Part shown: one piece after another, positions 7,929 to 8,025 of the stretch
Layout of the letters: every line of letters begins with the position of its first letter
Numbering within the stretch: position 1 is the first letter of the stretch
Virus record (IMG/VR): IMGVR_UViG_2645727640_000030
Length of the DNA: 8,025 nucleotides
Reading direction: 5' to 3' (one strand)
Origin: a virus
Taxonomy: Duplodnaviria > Heunggongvirae > Uroviricota > Caudoviricetes
Made by a program: the position numbers and the translations under genes
The notes under the pieces: generated by a model
The model's database searches: none
What the model was told of the DNA's origin: nothing
What the model saw: the letters and a program-made list of their open reading frames with translations, nothing else

Positions 7929-8025
7929 CGTAAGCGTGCAGCAAGAACCGTATTGACGGGGATGTGTTATTCAGTCGGCAGTGCTACGCGCCAGGGGAGC
8001 AGTTCGCCGACCCGGTTTATCGGCC

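Noticed and set aside
1-8025. CRISPR arrays, tRNA genes, IS elements or att sites
   Set aside because: No regularly spaced direct repeats, no tRNA-like cloverleaf region, and no inverted-repeat-bounded transposase ORF were seen. The window lies inside the late operon, far from where lambdoid attachment sites normally sit.

Overview
The window is the distal end of a lambda-like (lambdoid siphovirus) tail morphogenesis operon, almost certainly a prophage in an Enterobacteriaceae genome. All real genes are on the minus strand, tightly packed and collinear with phage lambda: tape-measure H (C-terminal ~490 aa, start region at the window edge) - M - L - K - I - J - intrinsic terminator - lom (5' part; its 3' end lies beyond position 1). 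Gene junctions reproduce the lambda layout: M stop and L start share 1 nt, L and K are 5 nt apart, K and I overlap by 103 nt, and I and J are separated by 60 nt. J, I, K, L and Lom match my recollection of the lambda proteins; M and the H C-terminus look more diverged and AT-richer, which suggests a mosaic joint near the L/M boundary. I found no CRISPR array, tRNA, IS element, integrase or defence-type cargo, and no free coding space that could hold an undescribed system. The plus-strand ORFs in the track are antisense shadows of the tail genes. The points worth a second look are annotation and structural details: a possibly truncated tape-measure gene, two stem-loops, the K/I overlap and K start, and the lom moron.
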